This document shows, in pieces, positions 26,471 through 39,799 of a stretch of 64,000 nt of DNA. The stretch's first letter is position 1; each line of letters starts with the position of its first letter. A program made the translations under genes and the position numbers. A model generated the notes under the pieces. That model searched no databases. It was not told the DNA's origin and saw only the letters and a list, made by a program, of their open reading frames with translations. This stretch comes from Hydrolagus colliei. Lineage: Eukaryota. Where the stretch lies: the NCBI GenBank assembly GCA_035084275.1, contig CM068755.1, forward strand, positions 12,710,001-12,774,000, in the 5' to 3' direction.

Positions 26471-26874
26471 GTCAATAGTTCTTCGTCTCACTGAATCCCT
26501 CACCTCAGTTTTGCTGTCGATGAAAGGTAATGTTCAGACATCTGTTGCTATTAAAGGAGCATGGGAAAACTCATTCTGAAGGGGCAACACCAGCCCTTCG
26601 TGACTACCCCTCTCTTTCCCATGGCCTCCCCCACCTGCTATTCCCACAAAGCATGCAGATATACCTCCTGAAGAATGGTATAAAGTTGCACTGATAGAGG
26701 AATACCAGTTCACTCACTCAATGGTCCTTTAATTGCCACAACATAAGTTAAACCATCTTCATATTTTCAGAGAAGGTACATATTTTTGTGTTTCCATCTT
26801 TCCATCTGTGAAAATGGAATAGTGTATCAAGTGACTCAAATATACAATATATTGTATGTAAAATTTATTATTAA

Positions 26875-26960
26875 AAGAATCCTTGCATTTGATATGATGC
26901 TTTTGACAACAGAGAGAAGTCTCAAAGAGTTTCACAGGAGTATATTGGAAAGTGCAAATT
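26875..26960 (-). mobile_element. SINE 3' tail fragment
   Basis: AATCCTTGCATTTGATATG...GTCTCAAAGAGTTTCACAGGA. Confidence 0.7.
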
Positions 26961-27139
26961 GCCAATATATCATGAAGGCGAATAATCAACATATCTTTAA
27001 AATATCAATGTTAATGCATGTATTTATTTTGGAACACAAAAAACATTTTCTAAGAACTGTGTAGCATAGTGATCAATGATTTAATCTTCGGAGGATTAAC
27101 CTCATTGCTTAGAATGTTTTTCCCGTAATTTTCAAGGTA

Positions 27140-27660
27140 ATAAACAGAACAGCACTTGATGTGTTCAAAAAAATCTTCAGGGCTTTTGGTGAGGTAAATA
27201 CGGAAAAATTATGACCACTGGGCAGTGAGTCAGTAACAAGAGTGTACGTGAGATCATTGCCAAGAATTTAAAGGTTTTGTTTAGGATTTTTTTTGTTTTT
27301 AAAAAAGATCATTATTATTAGGAATACACTGCTAAAAAATAAGAATTGAAGCAGATCGATTGTATCTTTTCAAAAAGGAAATTAAACAAACTTCAGAATG
27401 GAAGTATATATGAACGTAGTGTATTGCAAAAATCAATAATAACACTTGCATTTGATGTAGTGCCTTTCATATCAGAGGATGTCTCAAAGCGCTTTACAGG
27501 ATTTACTCTAAAGTGTAGCGACTGTATACTTTGTAGACAAACGCGGAAAAAACAGCAAAAAGGCAAGGGAGTTGGACTAAGTGCCCTGGACTAGAGAGCT
27601 GGCAGAGCCATGACAGGCTGAACGGCTTTTCCTTCTGTCTTTTAAATTCTATGATTTCAT
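27140..27660 (+). mobile_element. old CR1 3' fragment interrupted by a minus-strand SINE tail (about 27435-27545)
   Basis: CR1-like body (GATGTGTTCAAAA..., GAGTCAGTAACAAG) and CR1 terminus AGAGCTGGCAGAGCCATGACAGGCTGAACGGC...TTCTATGATT flank CACTTGCATTTGATGTAGTGCCTTTCA..CTCAAAGCGCTTTACAGG. Confidence 0.65.
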
Positions 27661-29744
27661 GGTGTTGTGCTAGGAAACCACAAATCAAGATGCCAGATGA
27701 GAGCACATTTTATGGCATACTAACCAGTATTTGAAACAATACAATTGTACATTTATATAGCTTGTTCACATTGGGAGGACATCTCAAAGTGTTTTTACAC
27801 ACTTATGTGTTGTTTAACCAATAGTCACATTGGCTATTTTTTCCAAACACACCTATTGTCTGATGAGGCAACTGTATTGAAGTCTATATCGAATATATGT
27901 GCTGTTGATTGGAAACATTTACAATCGAATATTGATACAAAGCAGAATATAAACTGGTTCTGAGTTTTCAATGATCATTTGTTGGCATAAAACTTGAAGT
28001 CAGACTAAGACTTTGAGAGCCTCACGCAAATGAAGGGAGGTAGATTAGTGACAGTCAGAATCCACAGCTTTCTAATTGATAGTGTATTGTTTAAGGAAAA
28101 AAAACAATTCAATTGCCTGGTCTCTCTCTACAAACCAGTGAAGTTCTGTTAACAAAACGCACAGTGAGAAAAATACAGTAGTACTAGATATGCGTTGGAG
28201 GATGAAAAAGCCCTATGAAGCTGGAATCAAAACTAACAATCTAAAAACAAATAATGATTTCATTATCACAGAAATAGCACAATCGAAACAATTTTTCCCT
28301 ATATAATTTACCAAACATTTATTGCCCAGTCTCATTGTTTTAAATGGATGGTTCGAAACAGTGGTGCGATATGATTGTTCAGCCCCAGAATTATTTTCAT
28401 AAAGGCAAAAACTTGGTTGCTTTTGGCATATTGGATTGGTTCCATTTATGCTCTTCAGTCAATAGCCTTAAAAGAGCATTGCATACATTTACACTTAGTT
28501 AAATTGGGCATGCGAGTTATTGAGAACTTCAGTTTTAAACTGTTCCAGAACATTTCGACAATATCAATATCAGTTGTGCTGATGCCATGGGTTTACGAAC
28601 CTTACTTGCGTAGAACAAGCCTAGTTTGTCTTTTCACTTATTAGTGCCAGTGCTGTTTCACTGCAGGTCTGATTTGCTGTTGAAAGCAGTTGGCTAGGCA
28701 TTCGTGCATGTCTGATTTTAATAAAAACCTTATTTGGTAGTTACAAGCCACAGGCATGTGTTTTGCATTCTTTTAAGTAAATATCTTTGAGGTATAACTG
28801 TAAAGCAATTATTTTTAATTGATGAGACTGTAAAAACAGTCAATTGGATATCAGATGATTCAAAAAAAACTAATAGAAATAATTTACTTGATATGCTCAA
28901 ATTTGCTTTCTTTCTTGTTTCATTCAATTGAAATAAAATACAAACTTTTAGCCAAAAGTGCAATTAATTTTCAGCTCCGTATATCCATTGTTAAGATAGT
29001 GAAAACAAATCTGGAAAGCACTTGCTATATGACGCTTATGTAAACACAAACTCACTTTATCGTGTTACATAATATCCTGTTTAAAACTAAAAATTAATGT
29101 GTGTCAGTTTACATGTTCAATAAACAAATAACCAACATCCTGTATTATTTGATCATTGTTTCATAAAGAGCCAGACACAAGGTTCAAAATTATTGATCCT
29201 ATTATAAAATTAGCAGAATGCTTCATCATTATTTCACTTCAGATCTGTTTTTAACCAATTGCTGCCTTTTTTTTGGCAGTATTTTTGTTGTTGTCAGAGA
29301 TTCCTGCCAATCAACTATTTTGTATGGAGGGGTGAAACATGCATAGTTTCATTTCAGATATGATGTGAAAGTTTAGCCTGTTGAAACTGTTATGAACAAT
29401 TGCATTTTCACTGAAACATTTTTGCAATCTAATTTATTTAAATGTAGTTCTCATCGTATAACAAACAGGTTTCAGTGAATTCATGCCTAATAAATTTATA
29501 GTTTAAAGGTATTTGTTTTTTAAAAAACCTGAAATATTTGATGTAAAGTTTGGTTATTTGGCATTCTATTACTATATTGTATGCTGTAATGTGAGCTGAC
29601 ATGAGTTAACATGTTAATCAGTTCCAAATGTCTGTCAGCAGGATGAGGAGAAGGCAGGAAAATAAGATTTTCACAATTATAATTTACATACTTATCCATT
29701 CTCCAGTATGTTTTCATGTGTTCGCTTGCCATGGTTTATGAATA

Positions 29745-29905
29745 AATATCCTTGTATTAAATATAATAATTTTCACATCTTGAGATGTTTCAAAACACTT
29801 TGGAGGATTTTAGTGCAAAGTGTGGTCGCTGTGTATTTTGTAGGTAAACTCAACAGCCAACTTGCTCACAGCAATGGCCCACAAATAGCCATGAAGTGAA
29901 TGATC
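29745..29905 (-). mobile_element. DeuSINE 3' half
   Basis: ATCCTTGTATT...CAGCCAACTTGCTCACAGCAATGGCCCACAAATAGCC. Confidence 0.75.
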
Positions 29906-32261
29906 ACCCCAGCACTGAGCTCGGGTGTTAGCCTGAACTATGTATTTTTGAAAGGAAAGCAGATTATGTAGTCCAGAATACGGGATTTTCAACAGAAATC
30001 TTTAACAATTGTTGCTCACCAGATGTGTGAAACCCCTACCCACGGGAACCCGGGATAATACCTCACACGCTATATAAATGCAAGTTGTTGTTGTTGAACC
30101 CAGCTCCAACAGGATCTATTTCCAGAGCTGAGATCCCGCACATTGGGATTTCTCCCGGGATTCCTTGCTGAGGCCTCCCAATTACGCTGACAAATTAAAA
30201 TGTGAGTGGAGTTTATAAATAACACGAACAAGGAAGTTGCAACTGGCAGATTTTCATGTAAAGAGGTGAAACCCGCTTGCTGGATAATATAGTACAATGT
30301 TCTATAATGGAACCATTTTAATAATAGATGTTGGTTTTCAATATTAAAGAGCAAACTGCATGGAAGTCACAGTCTTATGAGGACTCTTTTGTTGCCAACT
30401 TAAGCGGAGACTCTTCAGTTCCAAATTATAACATGTGTATGATGCGAAGCCGGTGAGGAATCATTACTTCTATATTACTGACTTCAAAGTGGGAAATTAG
30501 ATTTTGCATTATTTCTTTCCTATCTGGGTGTGATTCTCTCCTTGGTTAATCATTATTTTAGTCTGACTGCACTCTACCTTGCCTACAAAGTACACAGAAA
30601 CTACATTTTGCATAAATCTTGTGAAGCTCTTCAAGGCGTCATTGTAAATGCTGTGTCAAAATTGCAGATAAATATTAATGCAGCAACATTATTTAGTCAA
30701 AAATAAGATTTTCCCTCATTTACACATTGTACAGCAAATATTGCATGGAGTTAAATTAAAATATATACATTGAAAATGCAGCACAGGGTTAAATCAGTAT
30801 TATCAATTGAAAATGCAACAGAACTATTCAACAATCTAACAACCTATGATTCTGATATATAACCACAATGGGACGTTGATGTGCACAAATTAGCTGCCCC
30901 ATTGACATGCAAATGCACAGTTACTACACTTTACAGCAATTACATTTAAAATGCTTTTTAGGCTTTTCAACATCGCTGGCACAGACTCAATTGCAAAGAT
31001 TGCTATAAGATGCCATGTGTGATAATAAACCCGCAAACTCAGTTACCGTGGCTGTATGGGATAGGATAAAATGTGATATATAAGAGACAAGGTGTGATTT
31101 TTATTTAGGATTCATTTAGAAAAGACTGGATAAATGGATCCCATCTGAAGTCAGGAAACATCTCTGAGCTGACTGGCGTTTTAAAATTGACTGCCTCAAT
31201 ATTTGACACTGTAGCTTTAATATTAGCCTTTGAATTACAGGTGAGAAGGAAAAACATTAGACCTCTGCAGTCTGGCTTTCCTCGCTGGTGGCCTTGTGGT
31301 GTTCTGGGATTTGCGTGGCCTCTCCTCCTTGGCTCTGAGTGACAAGCTAATCGCTGGGTTGAGAAGCCTTTGCTATTGATTCCACTGTAATAAAACACCA
31401 CCCAGTCAATGAAACAGCAATGAAATGCTTCAACAGCAAAGAAAGAGAGGCATTAGCGTGTTGAGCAACTGAAGACATTTGCTTGTAGGTAACGCAGCAG
31501 AAATGAAAAGGCTCTTGGGGGTAGAAGCTGGAAAAGCTAGTTATTAAAAAGCCACAAAGAAGGACTCTTACTGTGTACAGAAAAATAGTTATGGTCCAGT
31601 TAGCCTGATCCAAATGGGTTCTGCTTTTAAATGCGACTAATCCCCTGAGTGCTTGTTTCTTTTTATTTAGCCTGCAGTACAGCCAGCTTTTAACATGTAA
31701 TAATAACTTTAAAACATAATTTCTGCCTCAGGCCAAGATTCAATTTTAATTTCTTTGATTTAGAGCTGCAGATAAACAAAAGTGGCTTAGACCTGCTCGT
31801 TAATTAAAAAAACAGAACTTCCATCAAAATATATTAAACAGTTCTCCGCTTGTGTTTCTGGAGTCCAGTGATGACAGTTACGATGGCAATAATAGCTGAC
31901 ATAACATGTCAAAAGTAGTCCATTCTAAGCCGCACGCCACCCACAGTTGGAGATGAAAGTGAGCTTAAAAGCTACAAACGAGAGGGGATTCCTTTGGAAG
32001 AAATGGGTTAAATAAAAACCTGATGAAACTGCAAAGCTTAGAAAGCTTATGGAAAGCGCGGGTCCAGCGTTATGGATCTATTTGTACCTGCTTTTTTTTT
32101 AACGAGAGGCCTGAAATTCAACCTCATCTTAGCTTGCAAGATAAATTTGCCTTAAAATGTATTATCATCGATAATTGTGGAAACATTTTAAATTCAGTTT
32201 CAATTTGGAAACTGTTTTCTTCTATAGTTCTTAAAAAAGGACTGGCCTCCAAGCTAAGGCA

Positions 32262-32662
32262 GAGTAGCACTAGCCTCTGAGCAGAAGGTTATGGGTTCAA
32301 GCTCCATATCAGGATTTGGAATCCATATAATCTGTGTTGACACTCCAATACAGTGCTGGGTTTGTGCTGCATTGTCGGAGATGGCATGTTTCGGATTAAA
32401 TGTAAATCTGAGACCTTGCCTGCTTGTTCAGATGGACTTTAAAGATCCCATGACACTTTTTGAAAAGAGAAGGAAGTTTCTCCAGCCGTCCTGGCCAACA
32501 ATCCCACAAATAAAATAGGTCACCCTCTTCTTGGCTGTTTGTGGGCTATTGCTGTACACATGCGGCATTCATCAACAAATCCATAGTCACTACAGTAAGA
32601 ATCCTGTGAAGCACTTTGAGACATCTTGATGGTGTAATAAGGTGCTATGCGAGGACTATTAT
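32262..32662 (+). mobile_element. full-length DeuSINE family B (complete Deu domain)
   Basis: tRNA-like head GCCTCTGAGCAGAAGGTTATGGGTTCAAG; Deu core GCTGCATTGTCGGAGATGGC...AAAGATCCCATGACACT...GTCCTGGCCAAC, resembling my recollection of the AmnSINE1/SacSINE1 Deu domain; L2-type tail. Confidence 0.85.
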
Positions 32663-33293
32663 GGGATTTTTTAGCTTCAAATGTAACACATTTTACCTGT
32701 CAATGAAGCTAACATGACTATTTAGTTCTATGAACCGATATAGAAAAATTAAATGGTTGTTTTCCAAACAATTCACCATTGACAGCTGAATGCAGAATTA
32801 CCAGTTCAGGTACAGTCTGGCTGGTTTTAAGGCAAAACTGCTGGAAAATACCTGAGCTCATCAGACATCAAAGATACTTATGATAATCTACAGCCTCACA
32901 CTTGAGTGATGAAGGAATTTACAACATAGAAAATATCAAAAGAGACGGAGCGGAATGTTTGTCTGAGCACAAATTGAGTAAGCAGTGTCAACGGAGACTG
33001 TTACGGTACAGGAATAAATGGAAGATTTGCTTCCTATTCAGTAATTTCTCAATTTCACTTGTGCAGAGCAGCAACAATAGTGAGAGCAATGTACGTGCGA
33101 ATGTGTGTGTTTGTGTGCATTATGCGGTGGAGGGGAAGGTTGAAAATAAGTGACAGGTTGACCTTTGTATCACTCAGGTCCATGATTTTCACCTCCAAAA
33201 ATCTGCCACAGGCCTTGTTGCAAATAACTCCAGCAATGCTATGTAATCTCCATAATTTAGAATGGCAGCAAGTTTACTTGGCGGAGGTGTGTT

Positions 33294-33358
33294 GGGAGTG
33301 GGTGGGGGTGGGTGGGGGTGGGGGGGGTGAGTGGAGGTGGAGGTGGAGGTGGAGTGGG
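33294..33358 (+). repeat. G-rich tract, (GGGT)n/(GGAGGT)n
   Basis: Multiple GGG runs separated by 1-3 nt. Confidence 0.9.
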
Positions 33359-34779
33359 AATGGTGCACTCTTTGCTTCTGATTGGAATTGTACAATCTGT
33401 TCAGCACATTTGCTCTTGTGATCGTGCTTAGGCCATTTTAATTACGGATTTGGGTAAGAGAGGACAGTAAGGAAATACACAAATTTAATCATTTGCGTCA
33501 ATGCTCATTCTACAGGTTATTCGGAACATAAAAATAATAGTCAAGAAATATGCTTTTAGTGGTGTCTTTATAGAAAGATCAAACACAAAGGATAGAAGTG
33601 TTATGAACTAAATCAGTAAAGTCCCAAACGGGAAAGTTTTGCCTTTGAATGGTATCTTATCTGACGCTCAGCTTTTATTGAAAGTCACCCCTAATTGATC
33701 CTATCCATTCATGAAAAAACATCATATTCCATCTATAGAGTTGTACTTGGCTTAACAATCATGGGATAATAAGTGAGTGAGTGCACTGGCCAAAATGCAG
33801 GAATTATTTGGCAGATGGGAAAATTCAGAGGGTAGAGAAATGTTTACTGCGGCAATAATTAAGACTCCTTCACCATCTCACCTGAAGTACAGACCCAAGA
33901 TCGGGTCTGCGCAGGTTGATTGTTAGACAACATTAAAGAACTACAACTGCAACTTCAAAAGAGCAAGGTTGGGAGAAACATTACTAGAGAAAATTGATGT
34001 TAAAAGATGCCCAGTTTAAAAACTCATAATATTACACAGACAGACCACATTAATATGTATCCAGCAATGTTCCTGAAATAATTAAAATCATTTTACACAT
34101 AAATTTGTGGGAATCTGGGGAAAACAAAGACTTGATCATATTTCAAATTAGCCTTCATTTGACTAAAATAATATGACATAGAGCCTATAGAAACCTTTCG
34201 AATACACTTCACAGAACATATTACAACATGCTTTCATCTCCTTGCTGTAAGGGTGGAATTCAATACTTTGAAACTTAGATGTTCTAATTTCCGAAAGCGA
34301 TTCCGTATCCTTCATGCTTTGGGTGTTTTAAAATGTAAAACCTGTGCAAAGCAAACAAACTCAAGAATTCCTGAATGATTGCAGCAGTCATGTGTTTAAC
34401 TGAACTAAGAAAATTCTAAACAACTGGAACAACTCCAAAGCCAACCAATTTGGATCAATTAGATTTTACGCAAAACTCTGAGGCACAGATTTTCTTTTTG
34501 GTTAAAAGAAAACAACAATACATCAGGTGATTTCCTCCCATTAGAAGTGGGTAGAGTGCAATAGTATTGAAGTATATCTAATCCAGTTGACATAGTTGAC
34601 TTAACCTTTTACAAAACAAGAAATTACAACAGAAACCCATTTTTGAATGTTTGTATTATGTTATCAACTATATATTTACCCAATGTGTAGAACCCCCCCC
34701 CCCCCCCCAACAACCCCCCACCCCAACTCAAATGCACCTAGATGCTCTTGTTGATATTTGGCTATGCAACCCACAGGAC

Positions 34780-35060
34780 CCTTATAAGATTGGTTTAGAC
34801 AAAGAAGGCTCAGCAGTCCATTTTAACCTTTCGTTCCAGTGTACCCACACTACTGTTTCCCATCAAAGCAGCTAACTGTTTTTATTAAAGACCAGTGTCC
34901 TCAATCATCCATTCCTGCAATCGGTTCCAGTTGGGAAATACCCAATAGGTAAAGAAATACTCTCTGGTGACTGTCCTAAAATTGCCCTTTGCAACCCTAA
35001 ACCTGCATCCTCTTGCTGTATTCTTTTGGTGCATCATAAACAATTGTTATTGGTTTACTT
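34780..35060 (-). mobile_element. highly degraded CR1-like fragment
   Basis: GGTTCCAG..GTAAAGAAATACTCTCTG..CCCTAAACCTGCATCCTCTTG pattern typical of the CR1 3' region read on the minus strand. Confidence 0.45.
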
Positions 35061-36529
35061 TTTCAAACTTATGACACTGTTATATGTGATTTAAGAAATA
35101 TATTTGTGCATATATTTACACAATATTTATTGTTCAATTTTATGGATGATTATTATTAAAAAACCATTTATTTTTAAGCATTTCACAAAACTAGACTACA
35201 GTATGTAAACACATGGAGATAATAAGGAGCAAATGGAATCATTTGTTTTTAACCAGGACTAAACTACAGAAAATAAAAAATATCTTTCACTGTTTCAATT
35301 CCTTTCAAAACAATCTTTAAAAAATGGCCTTTTTTACAAAAAAAATTCAAGTGGACCTTTGAGGGTTAATAACAGCAGTAACTGAAGCTCATGGAAGCTG
35401 CCATTAACCCAGCAGTCGGCTGAATCCTTATTAAGCGGCTGTTATGAGCAGCCTCACCACCCTCCTAAATTCAAGTCTAATAGCTTTTCCTGCCCAATTT
35501 GATCTCTGGCTTCTTTCAGTGATCCAACCCTCAATGCCAGCAGGTATGTATAGCTAATTTAATCATAACAGCAAGCTTCCAGATAACATCAGCAGGGCAC
35601 ACTGCCCTCCCCTGTCAATCTTTCATTTAATGAGCAAAGACACATTTGGTATAAATAAATTGTGACTGTAAAATAGTTGAACTGAAAGAGACCAAAAAGC
35701 CCAGGGGTACATTTTGTCAGGGGGAGGGCGGGAAAACATTCTTGTTATTTACAAAATATACATTTGCAAATGTCTGAAAGCATTATAATTCTAATATATC
35801 ATAAAGTTATTGTAATTTTTATAGGAAACAGAATCAAAGTTAAATTAGATCCTTGTACATTTGTTAAGCTGATGTGAATACCCCACATTAAAAAAGAGCC
35901 TTTACAATCTTTTTCATTTGCCAACATGCTGCTCAGATTCTCAAACTAGAAATGGTAAGCACTTCCTTAGATCGTGTGACATTTCAGCTAGAGATACAAG
36001 GAAACATGAGCTGCATTCAAAACCAGAGACGCTTGCACAACCTCTTGCTGTGTAAAATGTTCGCAACGAAATGGAAACGTCAATTATTACTTTGCTATGA
36101 CATATGACGTTTCATGAATACAGGATTGGACAACAATTTATTTTTCCTCCATTTGTATCCATGAGCAACACCAAAATCTCATCGTCCTTTCGGATATGCT
36201 TAGAAATTTAACTCGCTGGCAAATTGTGCTTCAGGAAATTAAACAGACCCACCAAGGCTGTACTGGTACATTTTGTTGTTGTACCCCACCAATAGCAAGT
36301 CATGTAAATCCTTGGATGGATCTGTTTCTGGGCTTTTTCCTCATCGCTGTATCCCTCTGCTGGGGAAGTAGTTAAAATCCTTTCCCATGCCTGACGTGCT
36401 TCTAGGTTTTCTAGAAAAGAGAAGAATCTGAAAATCAGGTGGTAATTGAGGCCAAGACAAGAAAAGCTCTTCAGCATCCAATCTGTATTGTTGGTTTATT
36501 ACAGATAAAAATCTCAACAACCATCTGCT

Positions 36530-36845
36530 CATAATAATAATACTAATTATAATCCTGCCATTTGATACTTCTCATGTCTTCTAGATGTCTAGATGTCTCA
36601 AAGCGCTTCACAGAATATACTGTAGAATGAAATGACTGTATCTATTTGGGCAAAAAGTAGAGGCCAATTGTGTACAGTGGTGTTCAACAGACAGTTGGGG
36701 ATTGAAATGAACAGTTTTTTTGAAGGACTATTATCAGGCCTGTGGAGTAAGGAAACTTTCCCAAAGTTTTGCCATGCCTGGAATTGAAACCCAGGTCTCT
36801 CTCGTTTGTAAGGCGAGTGCTCTAACCACTTTGCTACAAGACCCA
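36530..36845 (-). mobile_element. full-length SINE family A
   Basis: Reverse complement of 8123-8460; head GGGTCTTGTAGCAAAGTGGTTAGAGCACTCGCCTTACAAACGAG. Confidence 0.9.
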
Positions 36846-37824
36846 TAAATGCAAATGCTATTACAGAAAGACTCCTGGTCAGCTAATCGATAAAACACAG
36901 CATCTATGATGTTACACCAAAGGGTTAAAGAATTTGCAGTATAATTTCTTCCTGAAATCACCTTACCACACCTTTGGCACGAGGTGCCAAACTCGTATTG
37001 TTTGTGAAAAATAAAATGACAATGTTCTGCAATTTTAGAGGACCTTTTGAAGTTAGGTCCATGTATAACCCCCACCACCGCCTGTAGAAGTTTCAAATAG
37101 AATTCCAATTACAGTACTCGGATGGAATCCTTAACAAATACAGTTCAAACAGTGATGGAGAGGGCAAGCCATTATCAAGAGGAACCTGTGTGGAATTTGC
37201 TGCAGTTTTACCTCTGATACTTTCTCATTTATAGGTCCAAATTACCCCCTCAATATGATAGCTACTAAAATACCAGCTTTGCAATTCTTCGAAATTGGAA
37301 CTTTTCCATGGTAAACATAAATGTTCAGTTCTGCATGAATACGGCAAAAATGAATTGACTGGAAAATTTCCTGAATTAACTCTCTTTATATGGATAATCT
37401 GATGCTGATTTGGATTAACTCCATTCAAATTAACTTCCTTTGCTTTGCTTATCTCTAGCTGGCGCTGATTTGCATGGGCTACCATTCAACCCAGTGTTGA
37501 ATTTCTTGACAAAGTATGTGCAGTGCACTTGATGGTCATGTCGAATACATGTACACTTCCTCATGTGTTTAATGCACAGCACTGTGCACAACACAGCAGC
37601 ATGTCTTTCACTTCAGGTTGCTGGTTTACATGGACTGAATCCGAAATGAACATTGTACTGATTCCAACTGAGAGCAGCTGGATGTGTATTTTTACGCAGG
37701 TTAAATCTGAATTCTTCTGGACCCCATTATTTGTGCAGAAATATTTCAACTCATCAATCAGAAAATAATTTAAATCAGAGTGTTAATTATTAACAGATAT
37801 GGAAATATAAATAATGATAATTAT

Positions 37825-38090
37825 TTATGATAATCCTTACACTTGCACCTTATCGCATCGTCAGGATGTCTCAAAGCTCTTAAGAATATTTCACAATAAA
37901 GTGTAGTGACTGTGCAGGCAATCACTTTGAGCAAACAGCAAATACGAACAGCTGTAAAATGAATGAACAATTTTGTCTGAAAGATTGTTGGCCAGGACAC
38001 TAGGAGAAACTCTCTTCAGTGCTCCGGGATTGTAGACAGGATCTTAGTTTTGTGTCTCATCCAAAAGATGGCACCTCCATCAGTGCAGTA
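37825..38090 (-). mobile_element. DeuSINE family B, degraded
   Basis: TTGTTGGCCAGGACACTAGGAGAAACTC...GTCTCATCCAAAAGATGGCACCTCCATCAGTGCAG is the reverse complement of the Deu core. Confidence 0.8.
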
Positions 38091-39799
38091 GTTTAAATGA
38101 TCAATCAGGAAACAAATTCAAGCAGGATGCAAATTAATACAGATCATGGAAATACATCAAAATAAACGCAGTATCAATAGAATAGTTTGGGGGCATGGAA
38201 AGGATAATTTGAGGACAGCCTAAGCCACCTTTGTATCGTTTTATGTAAATGCATCAAAACATTCAAACCTTGTGTCACATTTGCATGTGGTTGTACACCA
38301 AATGGCTGGAATTCCTTCAAGGGTTAAACACACCGCTCAAGTTTGCCTTTGCCTTTTTAAGATTAATTATGCAAATTTTGCAAATTGAAATCATGTTGCA
38401 TGGAACAAACGGGATTCAAAACGCATGGCAGACAATGCTACAGGCAAACTATAAATGCTGCACAGAGTGTAGCTGAGTCATTAGCTTGGCCTAAGGGCCT
38501 CCTCAAGGGCTTTCAGCACATTAGTCCCTGTTTCAAGTTTCATAGTGCGCTGTCACAACCACTTCACAGAAAAGTAAACAAGACCAGGTTTTACCAGTTC
38601 TTTCATTGCCCGCATTACATTGCCGGTTTTTTTGGGTTGAAAAATGTGATGGTGTAACAGGTTTATTAAAGCCTGCAGGGACAGCGTTATAATTAGTTCA
38701 ATATTCCACTAATAATCTGTTTGAGCAGCAGTTATTTATTAACTCTCTGTAGTCTGTAGAAGCATTTTTACACCACATTAACAAAATTACATGGTTGAAA
38801 ATTTTCCAATTATTTGGAGATAAGTAATACTAACCAAATGTTCTTTGCATTATGTACAGGGACATACACAAAGAGCTGATTCAAGTGGAGAGTGACGTGC
38901 ATTTTGCTTGTGTGGAGTCAGATCGAGTTCCCCATGTTACAAATGCAAGAGTTTGATCTCCGGGTACTTATCTACCACATGCATTTACTCTTTGCATTAT
39001 CGAGAGAAAGCAAACACATGTGTTTTCTTTGTGGAAAGCAAATTCACGGTAGTATGGTCATGTTCAGTGTTCCAGGATACTACCCAGCGTGAAGGGCACT
39101 ATATAAATGCAAGTTGTTGTTCTTCTTCCCACTGCTGTGGTGTTACCATCAGGTATCAATGATAGACAGCATGAGGTACAACATTCATGGAAATACTGAA
39201 AAATATCACTGTCCCACAACGAGCAGAACAAGCCTATTCTACTCTTGTCAATGCAGGTTCATGATGGACCGCAGTTGGCAATGCCAGATACATTAATTAC
39301 TTGCTGGCTAATGTCCATTCATTGAAAACAGGTTGAAATGTTAGAATTGCAATGCAGTATTATTTTCAGGAAGGAACCTTTCCTTTTTTGTTAGGCAGGT
39401 TTGCTTTGCCCTGACAAGTTAACTTCTGGTCTAGATTAGCATGAATACTTCACTCTTGTTTGTTGTACTCCTTGCATGCACAATATTCGATGAAGACTAC
39501 TTAAATTTTCCATAGATAGTTCCACAGTCTTAAAGCATTTCCGCCTCCTAATTTTATTTACTAGAATACAGCACTGTGCAACCCCTCTCTACTATTTCAT
39601 TTTACATCAATGTTTTTTATATTGTCATGGAGGGCTCTCCATGCCATCATCATCATCGATGCCTCAGCCAAATGCACCAATTTCGATTCCTGAAATATGC
39701 GATTCTTCAGTTCTTCCTGAGCAGCGTAAAATACACAATCAATCCACTTTAAAATATATGCTGTGAAGCACTTTGCGACATCCAGTTAAACATCAACAA

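Noticed and set aside
32820-33070. Penelope-derived palindromic element
   Set aside because: Only a faint resemblance; the arms do not pair convincingly
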